A stretch of DNA of 64,000 bases from an uncultured Candidatus Saccharibacteria bacterium (lineage in GTDB: Bacteria > Patescibacteriota > Minisyncoccia > UBA6257 > GWB1-50-10). The DNA is taken from assembly GCA_964365955.1 (NCBI GenBank), contig CAYISA010000005.1, forward strand, positions 751-64,750, written 5' to 3'. Each line of letters begins with the position of its first letter. Position 1 is the first letter of the stretch. Made by a program: the position numbers and the translations under genes. The notes below the pieces were generated by a model, which worked only from the letters and a program-made list of their open reading frames with translations, did no database searches and had not been told where the DNA came from. This document shows, piece after piece, positions 1 to 9,091 of the stretch.

Positions 1-712
1 GGCATGGATTCTGAATACTCTCACGCCGTTTGGAGAACTCCGCCGCATGACCCAATTTAAAGATAAGTCCGAGACCGCGCCGGAAAATATAAACGTCGGC
101 TTATTTTCTTATCCAACCCTTATGGCCGCGGATATCCTGCTTTACGATGCCAAATATGTACCCGTCGGCGACGATCAGCTCCAGCACCTAGAACTTGCCC
201 GCACACTTGCGAGAAAATTTAATGGGCGTTTTGGAAAAACGTTCGTGGAGCCCCAGTCGCTTCTTACGGAAATTCCCCGCTTGATGAGTTTGGATGATCC
301 GACCAAAAAAATGTCCAAATCGCAGCCCTCGGGATGTCTATTCTTGGACGATGCACCGGACATTATCCGTTCCAAAATCAAAACCGCGGTAACGGATTCG
401 GGCCGCGAAGTCACCTATAATCCTGAACGCAAAAAGGCAGTGAGTAGTTTAATTCTTATTTATTCGGCACTTAGCGGAAAATCCATCAAAGCCATTGAAC
501 AGATGTTTAAGGGAAAGGGGTACGGCGAATTCAAAAAATCTCTCGCGGAAGCCGCGGTCTCTGCATTCGCACCGTTTCAAAAAAAGAAACGCGCGCTATT
601 AAAAAGACAAAAAACGCTCCACGCGATGCTTGCGCGCGGCAACAAAAAAGCGTTAGAGGTTTCCACGAAAAAAATGGAAAACATCAAGAAGAGCATAGGA
701 CTTTCACTATAA
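1..712 (+). CDS. trpS: Tryptophanyl-tRNA synthetase, 5'-truncated by window edge
   Basis: YPTLMAADILLY, VPVGDDQLQHLEL and KMSKS motifs. Confidence 0.97.
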   Translation, partial: AWILNTLTPFGELRRMTQFKDKSETAPENINVGLFSYPTLMAADILLYDAKYVPVGDDQLQHLELARTLARKFNGRFGKTFVEPQSLLTEIPRLMSLDDPTKKMSKSQPSGCLFLDDAPDIIRSKIKTAVTDSGREVTYNPERKKAVSSLILIYSALSGKSIKAIEQMFKGKGYGEFKKSLAEAAVSAFAPFQKKKRALLKRQKTLHAMLARGNKKALEVSTKKMENIKKSIGLSL

Positions 713-715
713 TCC

Positions 716-745
716 TTGACCCCGAAACTTAAGAGGGTGTAGTAT
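716..745 (+). promoter_or_regulatory. Sigma70-like promoter for candidate RNA A
   Basis: TTGACC-18-TAGTAT. Confidence 0.55.
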
Positions 746-749
746 AGAA

Positions 750-991
750 TTCTGCTCCTTAACAGGACGGGACGGATGGGGCTACGATCCCAGACCTCAC
801 TCCACAGCGTGGGAACTGCAAGCCCCGCACGGACATCCGATTATCCGTAATGAACGAAAAGTTGCGGTAGACGCACTTGGTTCAGCGTTTTCTTTGCCGC
901 TTTATGCGACTACAGGGGAACAAAAGTCCGGGTAAAGGCACGGGCAGGATCATCAACGCCGGCGAAGGACATCTCCTTCGCCGGATTTTTT
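750..991 (+). ncRNA. Candidate structured ncRNA A (family unknown)
   Basis: Promoter upstream; 5'/3' closing helices (TTCTGCTC/GGGCAGGA, CCTT/AAGG, GGAC/GTCC); two long internal hairpins; strong terminator; no ORF of 60 aa or more. Confidence 0.5.
959..991 (+). terminator. Intrinsic terminator
   Basis: CCGGCGAAGG-acatct-CCTTCGCCGG followed by ATTTTTT. Confidence 0.9.
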
Positions 992-1029
992 ATAATGAAA
1001 TTCCTTTTTAAACCGCTTCATAGCGCTAT

Positions 1030-1058
1030 TTGACAATCGTAAAGAATAGGTATACAAT
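1030..1058 (+). promoter_or_regulatory. Sigma70 promoter
   Basis: TTGACA-17-TACAAT. Confidence 0.8.
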
Positions 1059-1107
1059 CAAATCAGAACTTTAAATTCACTTTTCCCCTCATTTTTTTGG
1101 AGAATAT

Positions 1108-1380
1108 ATGAAAATTTCCGATTTCGGGCATAATCCTTACGCGTGCAGCTTTCCGGATTGCAAAGCAAAGGGACCCGCGGACGAGATGTGGAACGTGAAA
1201 GGAAAACCCATAATCCTCTGCGGAGAACACGCATACAAAGTGCGTGAGCACGGATTCCATACGTATCGGCTGTCAAATACCTTGGAGTTTTTGGAAGAGC
1301 AGAAGCTCCGGGAAAACCACTTTTTTACACAACTGGAGGAGCTGGTCCGTCAGCCCCAAAAACAGCACCAAAAGAAGTAG
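1108..1380 (+). CDS. Small hypothetical protein, putative Zn-binding (C-x4-C...C-x2-H)
   Basis: Own promoter, GGAG RBS and terminator; CSFPDC and CGEH motifs. Confidence 0.75.
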   Translation: MKISDFGHNPYACSFPDCKAKGPADEMWNVKGKPIILCGEHAYKVREHGFHTYRLSNTLEFLEEQKLRENHFFTQLEELVRQPQKQHQKK

Positions 1381-1389
1381 GTTCCAACA

Positions 1390-1423
1390 CCCCCGTCCAT
1401 TCATTGGACGGGGGCTTTTTTTT
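1390..1423 (+). terminator. Intrinsic terminator
   Basis: CCCCCGTCCA-ttcat-TGGACGGGGG followed by a T8 run. Confidence 0.9.
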
Positions 1424-1452
1424 ATCAGAACACGAAAATGCTAAAATAAGAC

Positions 1453-1736
1453 CAGAACCTAAAGTTTCGTAGGCAGCTCTCGGATCCCGCACTGCCATTA
1501 CGCTCCGGACGCCATTCCGGAAAAAATGCGGTTCCGCCGATTTTTGTGCGGAACAGGTGAGATGCTGATCCCCCCGCGTTTTAAAGGAGAATCTTTGTAC
1601 TCCAGCGACGAGCGTAAGTTGTCTTTTGCGTTCAAGCATCGTCCGCAGAAACGCCGCTTGCCGAAGTCCTAACACTGGCAAAAGGACAGGGATCCGTTGT
1701 GCGTTTAGCGAGGGCAAAAACCCTCGCTTTTTATTT
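1453..1736 (+). ncRNA. Candidate structured ncRNA B (family unknown)
   Basis: Extended -10 TGcTAAAAT upstream; closing helix CGGATCCC(1481-1488)/GGGATCCG(1689-1696); several internal hairpins; terminator AGCGAGGG/CCCTCGCT plus T-run. Confidence 0.5.
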
Positions 1737-1770
1737 GTAAATCGTGAAAAGGACGCGTTATACTCTACTT

Positions 1771-2607
1771 ATGAATACAAATAGAATGGAGGATCAAATT
1801 TTAAATTCTCTTACAATCGACCAAGCATACAAACAAGCAATAAAAAAGATGCGCAGAGAGGCGATTAATCCGGAAACATTCCGCGATATTTATCACGAGG
1901 GCGTGGATAAGGATAACACCTATGTAAAAGCAATGGAAGATAAGTTTAAACAAGATTCCACTTCCGAAAAAGAGGAGGTGTTGAAACTTGCGACCGTGTT
2001 TGAGGGTATTATCCACGAAAACGCCGAGTTAAGCGATTGGCTGGGACAAAATGCGCAGACTTTCAAAACATCGCGGTTCGACGATATCGCGAACGGCGTT
2101 GACACCATCGTAGAGTTTGAAGAAAGTGAGACTACCGCATCGCATTTGGCGCTCGCGATTGATGTAACCTTCAGCAGCGATACCGAACGTAAACTCGCGG
2201 ACATTCGCGATAAAATCAAAAAGGGGGAACTCACGAAAATAAAATACTTCGCATCAGAGCACCTGGGGATGCGTGGAGAACTCGCAAAAGTGCCACGCGT
2301 TATCATCGGCGCGGAATCAAAAACCATCAAACAGCTCGCGGAATTATGGATAGAAGGGGACAAGAAAAAAGAACTCGGTGTACACCCTATCCAATTTCAA
2401 ATTCTTGAGGAAATTGTAGAACAACTCGAAACATTCCAGAACTTTGCGGAAAGAAACCATCAACCGGAATTGGCGGCGATTTTTGAGAAACGTCTTGCGT
2501 TCGTAAGTAAAATCCTTGAGGAAAAACGGATCATGCTCGACGACAACGGCGAGCGCGACAGCGTGTTTGAAGATATCGAACGCAATTTAAGAACGATGTT
2601 CGTCTGA
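1771..2607 (+). CDS. Hypothetical protein, possible PD-(D/E)XK nuclease-like fold
   Basis: 278-aa ORF; TSRFDDIANGVD...LAIDVT acidic motif; -10 TATACT 6 nt before the ATG. Confidence 0.8.
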   Translation: MNTNRMEDQILNSLTIDQAYKQAIKKMRREAINPETFRDIYHEGVDKDNTYVKAMEDKFKQDSTSEKEEVLKLATVFEGIIHENAELSDWLGQNAQTFKTSRFDDIANGVDTIVEFEESETTASHLALAIDVTFSSDTERKLADIRDKIKKGELTKIKYFASEHLGMRGELAKVPRVIIGAESKTIKQLAELWIEGDKKKELGVHPIQFQILEEIVEQLETFQNFAERNHQPELAAIFEKRLAFVSKILEEKRIMLDDNGERDSVFEDIERNLRTMFV

Positions 2608-5600
2608 TTACTCCACTTTTCGTAGCGCGATCCACAAGGGCCATTCCTCGAATTTCGTCTCAAGTTCTACCGTGAATCGCTTTACACGTTTATACTCGAT
2701 TGCTTTTGCGTTTACTTCTGTCCCAATATTTTTGCGATTTTTTTCAATAAACGGGATAAGCTCTTTGCACTCGACATGGATTACAATCCTATTCTTCGGT
2801 TCCAGCTTCGCGTCCTGCCGCAGATCCTGCACCAAACGGATAAACTCGCGCACAAGTCCTTCTTCCTTTAGCGCTGGCGTTACACGAATGTCGAGCTCAA
2901 TCGGACGTTTGATGTCGTTATCCACGTAGGCATTTTTTACATTCACCTCTTCCGAGAGAAGCACCATCAGTTCTTTGTTTCCCCACAGATAGTTGTTCTC
3001 CGTTTTCACGCGCAGCATCTGAAGCGGCTGGCGCACTTTAATCGCCGCTTCGGCGCGCTTCGCAAGCGCCAAACTTGCGAACTCGCGGATCTCTGTCATG
3101 CCTTTAATCAGTTTTTCATTCGTCAGCGCTTTTTTCATTTTTGGCCAGTCCGTCAGATGGACCGAAAGCGTCTTGTTCCCCTCTGACACCAGCGATTTAT
3201 AAAGCGCCTCGGAAAAAAACGGCATAAAGGGCGCGAGTAACTGGCTTAACACATAAAGACAGTGTCCCAGCATTTTTGACGCCGCTTCATGGTCCGCCTG
3301 TGTTTCCGGTTTTTGAAGACGCCGTCGCGAGCGGCGAATATACCACCGGGAAAGATCTCCGGTAAATATTTCGATTGTTCTCCCAGCGGTTCCGGGGTTA
3401 TAAGCATCCATCGCTTTTGTGACACTCTTCGTTGTTTCCTCAAGGCGCGCCAAAATCCACCGGTCAAGAACGTGCTTCGGATTGCCTATAGTGAGCGGGA
3501 AATTGAATTTTTTGGCATAGGTTTCGTAAAAAATGAACGAATGATAAACCATCAGCACGAACTGGCGCAGGGTTTTTCCGAGTTCTGCTTCGTCGAATTT
3601 TTTTGGTTCGCCGGGCGGATTTACTGTAAACAGATACCACCGCACCGCGTCCGCTCCATACTTTGCGATCACCCCCCAAGCGTCTACCGCGTTCCCTTTC
3701 GATTTGGACATTTTCTGCCCGTTCTTATCAAGCACGTGTCCCAAACAGATAACATTTTTGTAAGGAGTTGTTTTATCTAAGAGGATGGACTCGGCAAGCA
3801 GGGTATAGAACCAACCGCGCGTTTGATCTACCGCTTCTGAAATATAATCAGCAGGAAAATCTATTTTTTCTTTTGCAAAAGGATAGTGCGCCTGTGCAAA
3901 CGGCATCGCGCCGGAATCAAACCATACGTCCGCCACTTCCGGAATGCGCGTCATGCGTTCGTGGCATTTTTCGCAAGGGAATGTTACGTCATCCACATAT
4001 GGGCGATGAGGGTCCGCGAAGTTCCAGCCGTTCCGCGGAAGCTTCAAAAATGGAACTTTGCGAAATTCCGTCGTCTCGATAAAATCATTACCACGCTTTT
4101 CTTTCTCCGTAATCGCCCGTTCTTCACCCCATCCGCTCATCACGGTCTGCATCATCCAGACGGGATACTCGTGACTCACAACCAAAATAGTTTTTCCTTC
4201 GTATTTTTTCTCGAGTGTTTCAAGACCTTCGTAAACGCGCTTCGCAAGATCGCGGAGTGATTCGCCTTTTGGCGTCCGTTTTGTAAATTTCTCCGCATAG
4301 GACGAAAAATACGCGTGATAGTCCTCACCCTTTTTTCCGTCAAAAATTCCTGTATTTATTTCGCGGAATTTTTTCTCGAAAATTATCTTTTTGATTCCCA
4401 GTTCGCTTGCGACAATTTCCGCCGTTTCGCGGGTGCGGCGAAAATCCGACGCTACGATGATATCAATATTTTCTTTTTTCAGTTTTTTTGCGGACCGTTC
4501 GGCAATAACGCGTCCTTTCAGGGTAAGGGGGTATACATTCCGCTTTGCAGGACTACTATTTATTTTTTTCATCAAGATATTTTGCGGTTCACCGTGCCGC
4601 ATTAAAATGTAGCGATTTTTAGCGCCTCCCTGCAATTGGCTTAATTCTTCATACCCACCTACCGCGCGCACTCCCCCACATTTTTTGCACTCCCAGAGCG
4701 GAAGCGGAGTGCCCCAGTAGCGTTCGCGCGAAATCGCCCAGTCCTTCACTTCGCGGAGCCACTCGCCAAACCGGCCCTCCTTCACGGATTCCGGAACCCA
4801 GCGGATTTTTTTGTTTTCCCGAAGCAATTCTTTGCGGAATTTGCTCATCGCGATAAACCAGGAGTCCCGCGCGTAATACAAAAGCGGTGTATCACACCGC
4901 CAGCAAAACGGATAGTCGTGCTTGTAAGGTTCCGTACGGAGCAAGAGCCCCTTTTTCTCCAGATCGTCCACAATCTTTTTTTCCGTCTCCTTGGCTTTAA
5001 CGTACATGCCTGCATATGCCGGAACGTCACTGGTGAATTTTCCTTGCAGGTCCACCGTGTGGTGCTGCGGCAGGCCAACCTCCTTTCCCAGATTGTAATC
5101 GTCTTCTCCGTACATCACTGCCGTGTGGACTACGCCCGTGCCATCTTCTGCCCCGACAAATTTTGCCGGATAGATTTTGTACGCCGCGCTTGATTTTTTA
5201 AACGCCTCAACGGAAAAAAGGGGTTCATAGGCGAGCCCAACCAGATCTTTTCCTTTTACGCTCGCCACAACGGTGTGTGGATCTTTCAAAACCGAGAGAC
5301 GATTCGTCGCAAGAATATAAATTTCTTTTTTCTTTCCTTCTCCCACGTTCACAACGGAATACTCGATATTCGCCCCCACCGCAAGCGCGACATTCCCCGG
5401 CAGTGTCCACGGCGTGGTCGTCCACGAAAGCACGTAGGTGGAAGCACCTGACCCCGCTTTTCTACCCACAGACTGCCCCTTCTTTAGCTTAAATTTGATG
5501 TATACGGAGGTTTCTTCCACTTCCCGGTATCCTAAGGCGATCTCGTGAGATGAAAGCGCCGTACCGCACCGGGTGCACCATGCCACCACTTTATGGCCTT

Positions 5601-6117
5601 TATAGAGGAGCCCGCGCTCCCAGACGCGCTTTAAGATCCACCAGAGCGTCTCGATATAGGAATTTTCATATGTAATGTAGGGGTGCCGCATATCGAGCCA
5701 GAATCCAATACGCTCGGTTAGGCGTTCCCACTCGTCTTTATAGGTCCAGACGGATTCTTTGCATTTTGCGTTGAATGCACCGATGCCGTATTTCTCGATA
5801 TCTTTTTTCGAGTTCAATCCCAGTTTTTTTTCCACCTCCAATTCCACCGGAAGTCCGTGCGTATCCCAGCCGCCTTTGCGTGAAACAAAATATCCCCGCA
5901 TGGTCCGATAGCGCGGGATCACGTCTTTGAATGCACGCGCCAATACGTGGTGGATACCCGGGCGGCCGTTTGCGGTGGGCGGCCCTTCATAAAAAACAAA
6001 CTTCTTTCCGTGAGCGCGTTGTTCAAGTGATTTTTCGAATATCTTATGTTCCTTCCAAAACTGAAGGATTTTTTCTTCTATTTCTGGAAGTGAGAATTTT
6101 TGAAGTTTTCTAAGCAT
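2608..6117 (-). CDS. ileS: Isoleucyl-tRNA synthetase (type 2) with inserted histidine-phosphatase domain
   Basis: EGPPTANGRPGIHH, GWDTHGLP, WTTTPWTLP, DQTRGWF and KMSKS; internal RHGE domain. Confidence 0.97.
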   Translation of the reverse strand: MLRKLQKFSLPEIEEKILQFWKEHKIFEKSLEQRAHGKKFVFYEGPPTANGRPGIHHVLARAFKDVIPRYRTMRGYFVSRKGGWDTHGLPVELEVEKKLGLNSKKDIEKYGIGAFNAKCKESVWTYKDEWERLTERIGFWLDMRHPYITYENSYIETLWWILKRVWERGLLYKGHKVVAWCTRCGTALSSHEIALGYREVEETSVYIKFKLKKGQSVGRKAGSGASTYVLSWTTTPWTLPGNVALAVGANIEYSVVNVGEGKKKEIYILATNRLSVLKDPHTVVASVKGKDLVGLAYEPLFSVEAFKKSSAAYKIYPAKFVGAEDGTGVVHTAVMYGEDDYNLGKEVGLPQHHTVDLQGKFTSDVPAYAGMYVKAKETEKKIVDDLEKKGLLLRTEPYKHDYPFCWRCDTPLLYYARDSWFIAMSKFRKELLRENKKIRWVPESVKEGRFGEWLREVKDWAISRERYWGTPLPLWECKKCGGVRAVGGYEELSQLQGGAKNRYILMRHGEPQNILMKKINSSPAKRNVYPLTLKGRVIAERSAKKLKKENIDIIVASDFRRTRETAEIVASELGIKKIIFEKKFREINTGIFDGKKGEDYHAYFSSYAEKFTKRTPKGESLRDLAKRVYEGLETLEKKYEGKTILVVSHEYPVWMMQTVMSGWGEERAITEKEKRGNDFIETTEFRKVPFLKLPRNGWNFADPHRPYVDDVTFPCEKCHERMTRIPEVADVWFDSGAMPFAQAHYPFAKEKIDFPADYISEAVDQTRGWFYTLLAESILLDKTTPYKNVICLGHVLDKNGQKMSKSKGNAVDAWGVIAKYGADAVRWYLFTVNPPGEPKKFDEAELGKTLRQFVLMVYHSFIFYETYAKKFNFPLTIGNPKHVLDRWILARLEETTKSVTKAMDAYNPGTAGRTIEIFTGDLSRWYIRRSRRRLQKPETQADHEAASKMLGHCLYVLSQLLAPFMPFFSEALYKSLVSEGNKTLSVHLTDWPKMKKALTNEKLIKGMTEIREFASLALAKRAEAAIKVRQPLQMLRVKTENNYLWGNKELMVLLSEEVNVKNAYVDNDIKRPIELDIRVTPALKEEGLVREFIRLVQDLRQDAKLEPKNRIVIHVECKELIPFIEKNRKNIGTEVNAKAIEYKRVKRFTVELETKFEEWPLWIALRKVE

Positions 6118-6178
6118 ATTCCTCTCATTTTATATAAAATGCGACTCTTTTTCCAATCATAGATTGTATAATAGAGTT

Positions 6179-6598
6179 ATGGAAACTCACCCATCTATCC
6201 GCAACGTAAACGAAGAGCATCGCCAGAAACTTTCGCGGCTGGATAAATTTGCGCTCTGGATCACGTGTCACGTGGGCACTACTGGATTTTTCCTTCTGAT
6301 TGCCTTCTGGACAGCGCTCTGGCTTCTGTGGAATACGTTCGCCTCACATGAATTGCGTTTTGATCCGTTTCCGGCATTCGCGCTCTGGCTTTTTATCTCG
6401 AATGTCATACAGATTTCCATTCTCCCTCTTATTATGATCGGGCAGAATCTTGAATCGCGCCATGCGGAACTGCGCGCGCAGGCGGACTATGAGGTGAACA
6501 TCAAGGCGGAACAAGAAGTGAAGGTGATAATGGAACACTTGGAGCGTCACGACAAAATGCTCCGTGAGATACTTCAAAAAACGGAGAAGCAAAGCTAA
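6179..6598 (+). CDS. DUF1003-family membrane protein
   Basis: FDPFP motif, LIMIGQN, two TM segments and a coiled tail. Confidence 0.85.
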   Translation: METHPSIRNVNEEHRQKLSRLDKFALWITCHVGTTGFFLLIAFWTALWLLWNTFASHELRFDPFPAFALWLFISNVIQISILPLIMIGQNLESRHAELRAQADYEVNIKAEQEVKVIMEHLERHDKMLREILQKTEKQS

Positions 6599-8194
6599 CT
6601 ACATCTTTTCGGGCGCGGAGATTCCTAGCACCCGGAACAAGTTTTCAAATACTTGGATGGTGGCGCATACCAACCCCAACCGCGCCTGCGCTAGTTTTTC
6701 TTCTTCTCCTGCCACGCGTTCACGCTCGTAAAATATCTGGAATGCCCGCGCTAATTTTATGGCGTAGCGCGGAATACGATGCGCTTGGATGTCATTCGCC
6801 GTGTCCGCAACGATTTCGGGAAACTCCGCGAGCGCAAGCATAAGCCGCATGTCTTCCTCCGTGTGGAGCAAATTCCAATCCGGCCTTCTCTTTATTTCTA
6901 CCGCCTTCTCTTTAATTCCGCGCGCGCGAACATAGGCGTACTGCACGTAAAAAACGGGATTTTTGGATGAGTGTTCTTTCGCAAGTCCCAGATCAAAATC
7001 CATATGCGTTTCGGGTGCGATCATCAAGAAAAAGAACCGTGCCACATCTGCCCCCACATCGTTCACTAGTTCTTCGAATGTTATGAACTCGCCTTTCCGC
7101 TTCGACATCCTTGCTTCTTCTCCGTTTTTTATGAGTCGTACCGCCTGCGTAATCAATACGCGCGAATTCGCAAGCCCCAGAAGTTTTGCCGCCGCTTGGA
7201 TACGCGCTACATAGCCATAATGATCGGGCCCTAAAATATTAATCTTTCCCGTAAAACCGCGATCCTTGGTTTCCAGATAATGGCCGGCGTCCGCCAGAAA
7301 ATAGGTCGGCTCTTTTTCGCTCGTAACAAGGACCCGATCTTTATCGTCTCCATGCTCCGATGTTTTAAGCCACACCGCGCCGTCGCGCTCATATGCGGCA
7401 CCGGCTTTCTTGAACGCCGCAAGCGTTTTTTCGACGAATCCTTTAGCCCGAATATCGTTTTTTTCCGACGTATACCGATCAAACCGAATCCCGGACTTCT
7501 TCTCGATCGTCGTTTTGATCATCCCCAGAAAATCTTGCGCGGCCACCTCTCCCACCGCCTCGGGATTGTTTTTGTTTTCCGAAACGAATTTTTTATGCCC
7601 CGCACTCCACTCCGCGATGTAGGCGCCTTTATAGAACTCGTCTTCCTCGGGAGTATGTCCTTGCGACGCAATGATGGATTTTCCTAAAATAAGCACCTGC
7701 CGACCCATATCGTTTACATAATATTCCCGCTCGACTTCTATTCCAGAAAACGCGAGTGTGTTTGCGATCACGTCGCCCAAAAATCCGCCGCGTCCGTTTG
7801 CGAGCGTAAGGGGCCCCGTCGGGTTCGCGGAGATGAACTCCACCTGAATTTTTTCTTTTGTTTTTTTCCCCGCTCCGTAATTCTTTTTTTCTTTCAGAAT
7901 CACTTCAAGTTCCTTATAAAATGCGTCGGGTGCAAGCCAAATGTTTATAAATCCAGGCGCTACTGCTTCGGCTTTTGCTATTAATTTAGAAGCTTTGTTC
8001 TTTATTTTTTTTACAATATCTTCCGCAATCAAAAGAGGTGGCTGCTTACGGATTTTGGAGAACGAAAACGCAACGTTGGTGCTATAATGTCCGCGGTTTT
8101 CTCCGCTTGCGGTTGGTTCCGAAACCGCAATCTTAAAAGGAGTCGGTCCTTCAACCGCCTCTTCTAAGACCTTATGAATTTCCTCGCGTAGCAT
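6599..8194 (-). CDS. argS: Arginyl-tRNA synthetase
   Basis: VEFISANPTGPL, EYYVND, DDKDRV, GPDHYGY, MSKRKG, NPVFYVQYA and terminal APEKM. Confidence 0.97.
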   Translation of the reverse strand: MLREEIHKVLEEAVEGPTPFKIAVSEPTASGENRGHYSTNVAFSFSKIRKQPPLLIAEDIVKKIKNKASKLIAKAEAVAPGFINIWLAPDAFYKELEVILKEKKNYGAGKKTKEKIQVEFISANPTGPLTLANGRGGFLGDVIANTLAFSGIEVEREYYVNDMGRQVLILGKSIIASQGHTPEEDEFYKGAYIAEWSAGHKKFVSENKNNPEAVGEVAAQDFLGMIKTTIEKKSGIRFDRYTSEKNDIRAKGFVEKTLAAFKKAGAAYERDGAVWLKTSEHGDDKDRVLVTSEKEPTYFLADAGHYLETKDRGFTGKINILGPDHYGYVARIQAAAKLLGLANSRVLITQAVRLIKNGEEARMSKRKGEFITFEELVNDVGADVARFFFLMIAPETHMDFDLGLAKEHSSKNPVFYVQYAYVRARGIKEKAVEIKRRPDWNLLHTEEDMRLMLALAEFPEIVADTANDIQAHRIPRYAIKLARAFQIFYERERVAGEEEKLAQARLGLVCATIQVFENLFRVLGISAPEKM

Positions 8195-8256
8195 AATTCC
8201 ATTTAACACCAAATCATTCTCCTTTTCCATTGCCGCTTTATGGTACGCTACAAGAG

Positions 8257-8703
8257 ATGCCACCCATTGCCGTCAACAAAAACGCTACCTTCGATTACGA
8301 GATCGCGGAAAAATTCAGCGCGGGCGTGGAACTCACGGGACACGAAGCAAAGTCCGCAAAACGCGGACGGTTTGACCTCTCGGGTGCGCGTGTCAATCTG
8401 CGCGGAGGCGAAGCGTGGCTTGTAGGAACCTCGATTCCTTCTTTCCAACCCGGGAATACCCCTGCGGAGTACGACGTAACGCGCTCCCGCAAGCTTCTTC
8501 TCAAAAAAGATGAGCTTCTGTACTTGGACGGCAAGCTGAAGTCTGGATTGACACTGGTTCCTCTTTGTGCCTATACTAATCGCGGCTTCTTGAAGATTGA
8601 GCTGGGACTCGGTCGCATGCGCAAAAAATACGATAAACGCGAAGCGATAAAAAAACGCGACATGGAGCGCGACCTGCGACGTCTGAAACCGAACGAACAT
8701 TAA
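8257..8703 (+). CDS. smpB: SsrA-binding protein
   Basis: NKNATFDY, AGVELTGHEAKS, RKLLL and KKYDKREAIK; adjacent to tmRNA. Confidence 0.97.
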   Translation: MPPIAVNKNATFDYEIAEKFSAGVELTGHEAKSAKRGRFDLSGARVNLRGGEAWLVGTSIPSFQPGNTPAEYDVTRSRKLLLKKDELLYLDGKLKSGLTLVPLCAYTNRGFLKIELGLGRMRKKYDKREAIKKRDMERDLRRLKPNEH

Positions 8704-8714
8704 GAAACGCATAT

Positions 8715-9052
8715 GGGGATGCTGGGCTTTGACAGGGTGCGGAATTGTAAACTTGCAAGCCGAGCCGAACGTCTCGTAAATCCGTTCAAACAACAAAACT
8801 GCCAACAAAACGGCGGCTCCTGCATTCGCTTTCGCGTAATGTAGGGGACCCCCGACCATTTAGCGTCGGGGCATCGGCCCCTCACGCCTTCTAAGGGATC
8901 GCCGGTGTTATAAGAAGGCCCGCGCACGCGAACTTGTTTCGTAGGTCGCGCGCGTTAAACCAAACGAAACAAACTTGTTTCTTTTGAGACTAAGCTTGTA
9001 GAGAGTTCATGAGGATCCACCTTGGACGTCGGTTCAACTCCGACCATCTCCA
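8715..9052 (+). ncRNA. ssrA: tmRNA; tag peptide ANKTAAPAFAFA (8801-8839)
   Basis: 5' GGGGATG...TTGAC; 3' GACGTCGGTTCAACTCCGACCATCTCCA; resume codon GCC; downstream of smpB. Confidence 0.95.
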
Positions 9053-9054
9053 CA

Positions 9055-9091
9055 ATATAAAAACGCCTTTTTTAAGGGCGTTTTATATATT
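9055..9091. terminator. Bidirectional terminator
   Basis: TAAAAACGCC...GGCGTTTTA inverted repeat between convergent genes. Confidence 0.75.

Noticed and set aside
915-935. AAAGTCCGGG resembling the RNase P RNA P4 5' strand
   Set aside because: It lies at the 3' end of the RNA, lacks the GAGGAAAGUCC context and has no downstream CCCGGCUUA partner
750-991. T-box riboswitch linked to trpS or ileS
   Set aside because: It is downstream of both synthetase genes, and no T-box consensus precedes the terminator
750-1736. RNA A or B as the DGR template repeat for the 23213 gene
   Set aside because: No sequence similarity to the putative VR and no AAC-rich tract
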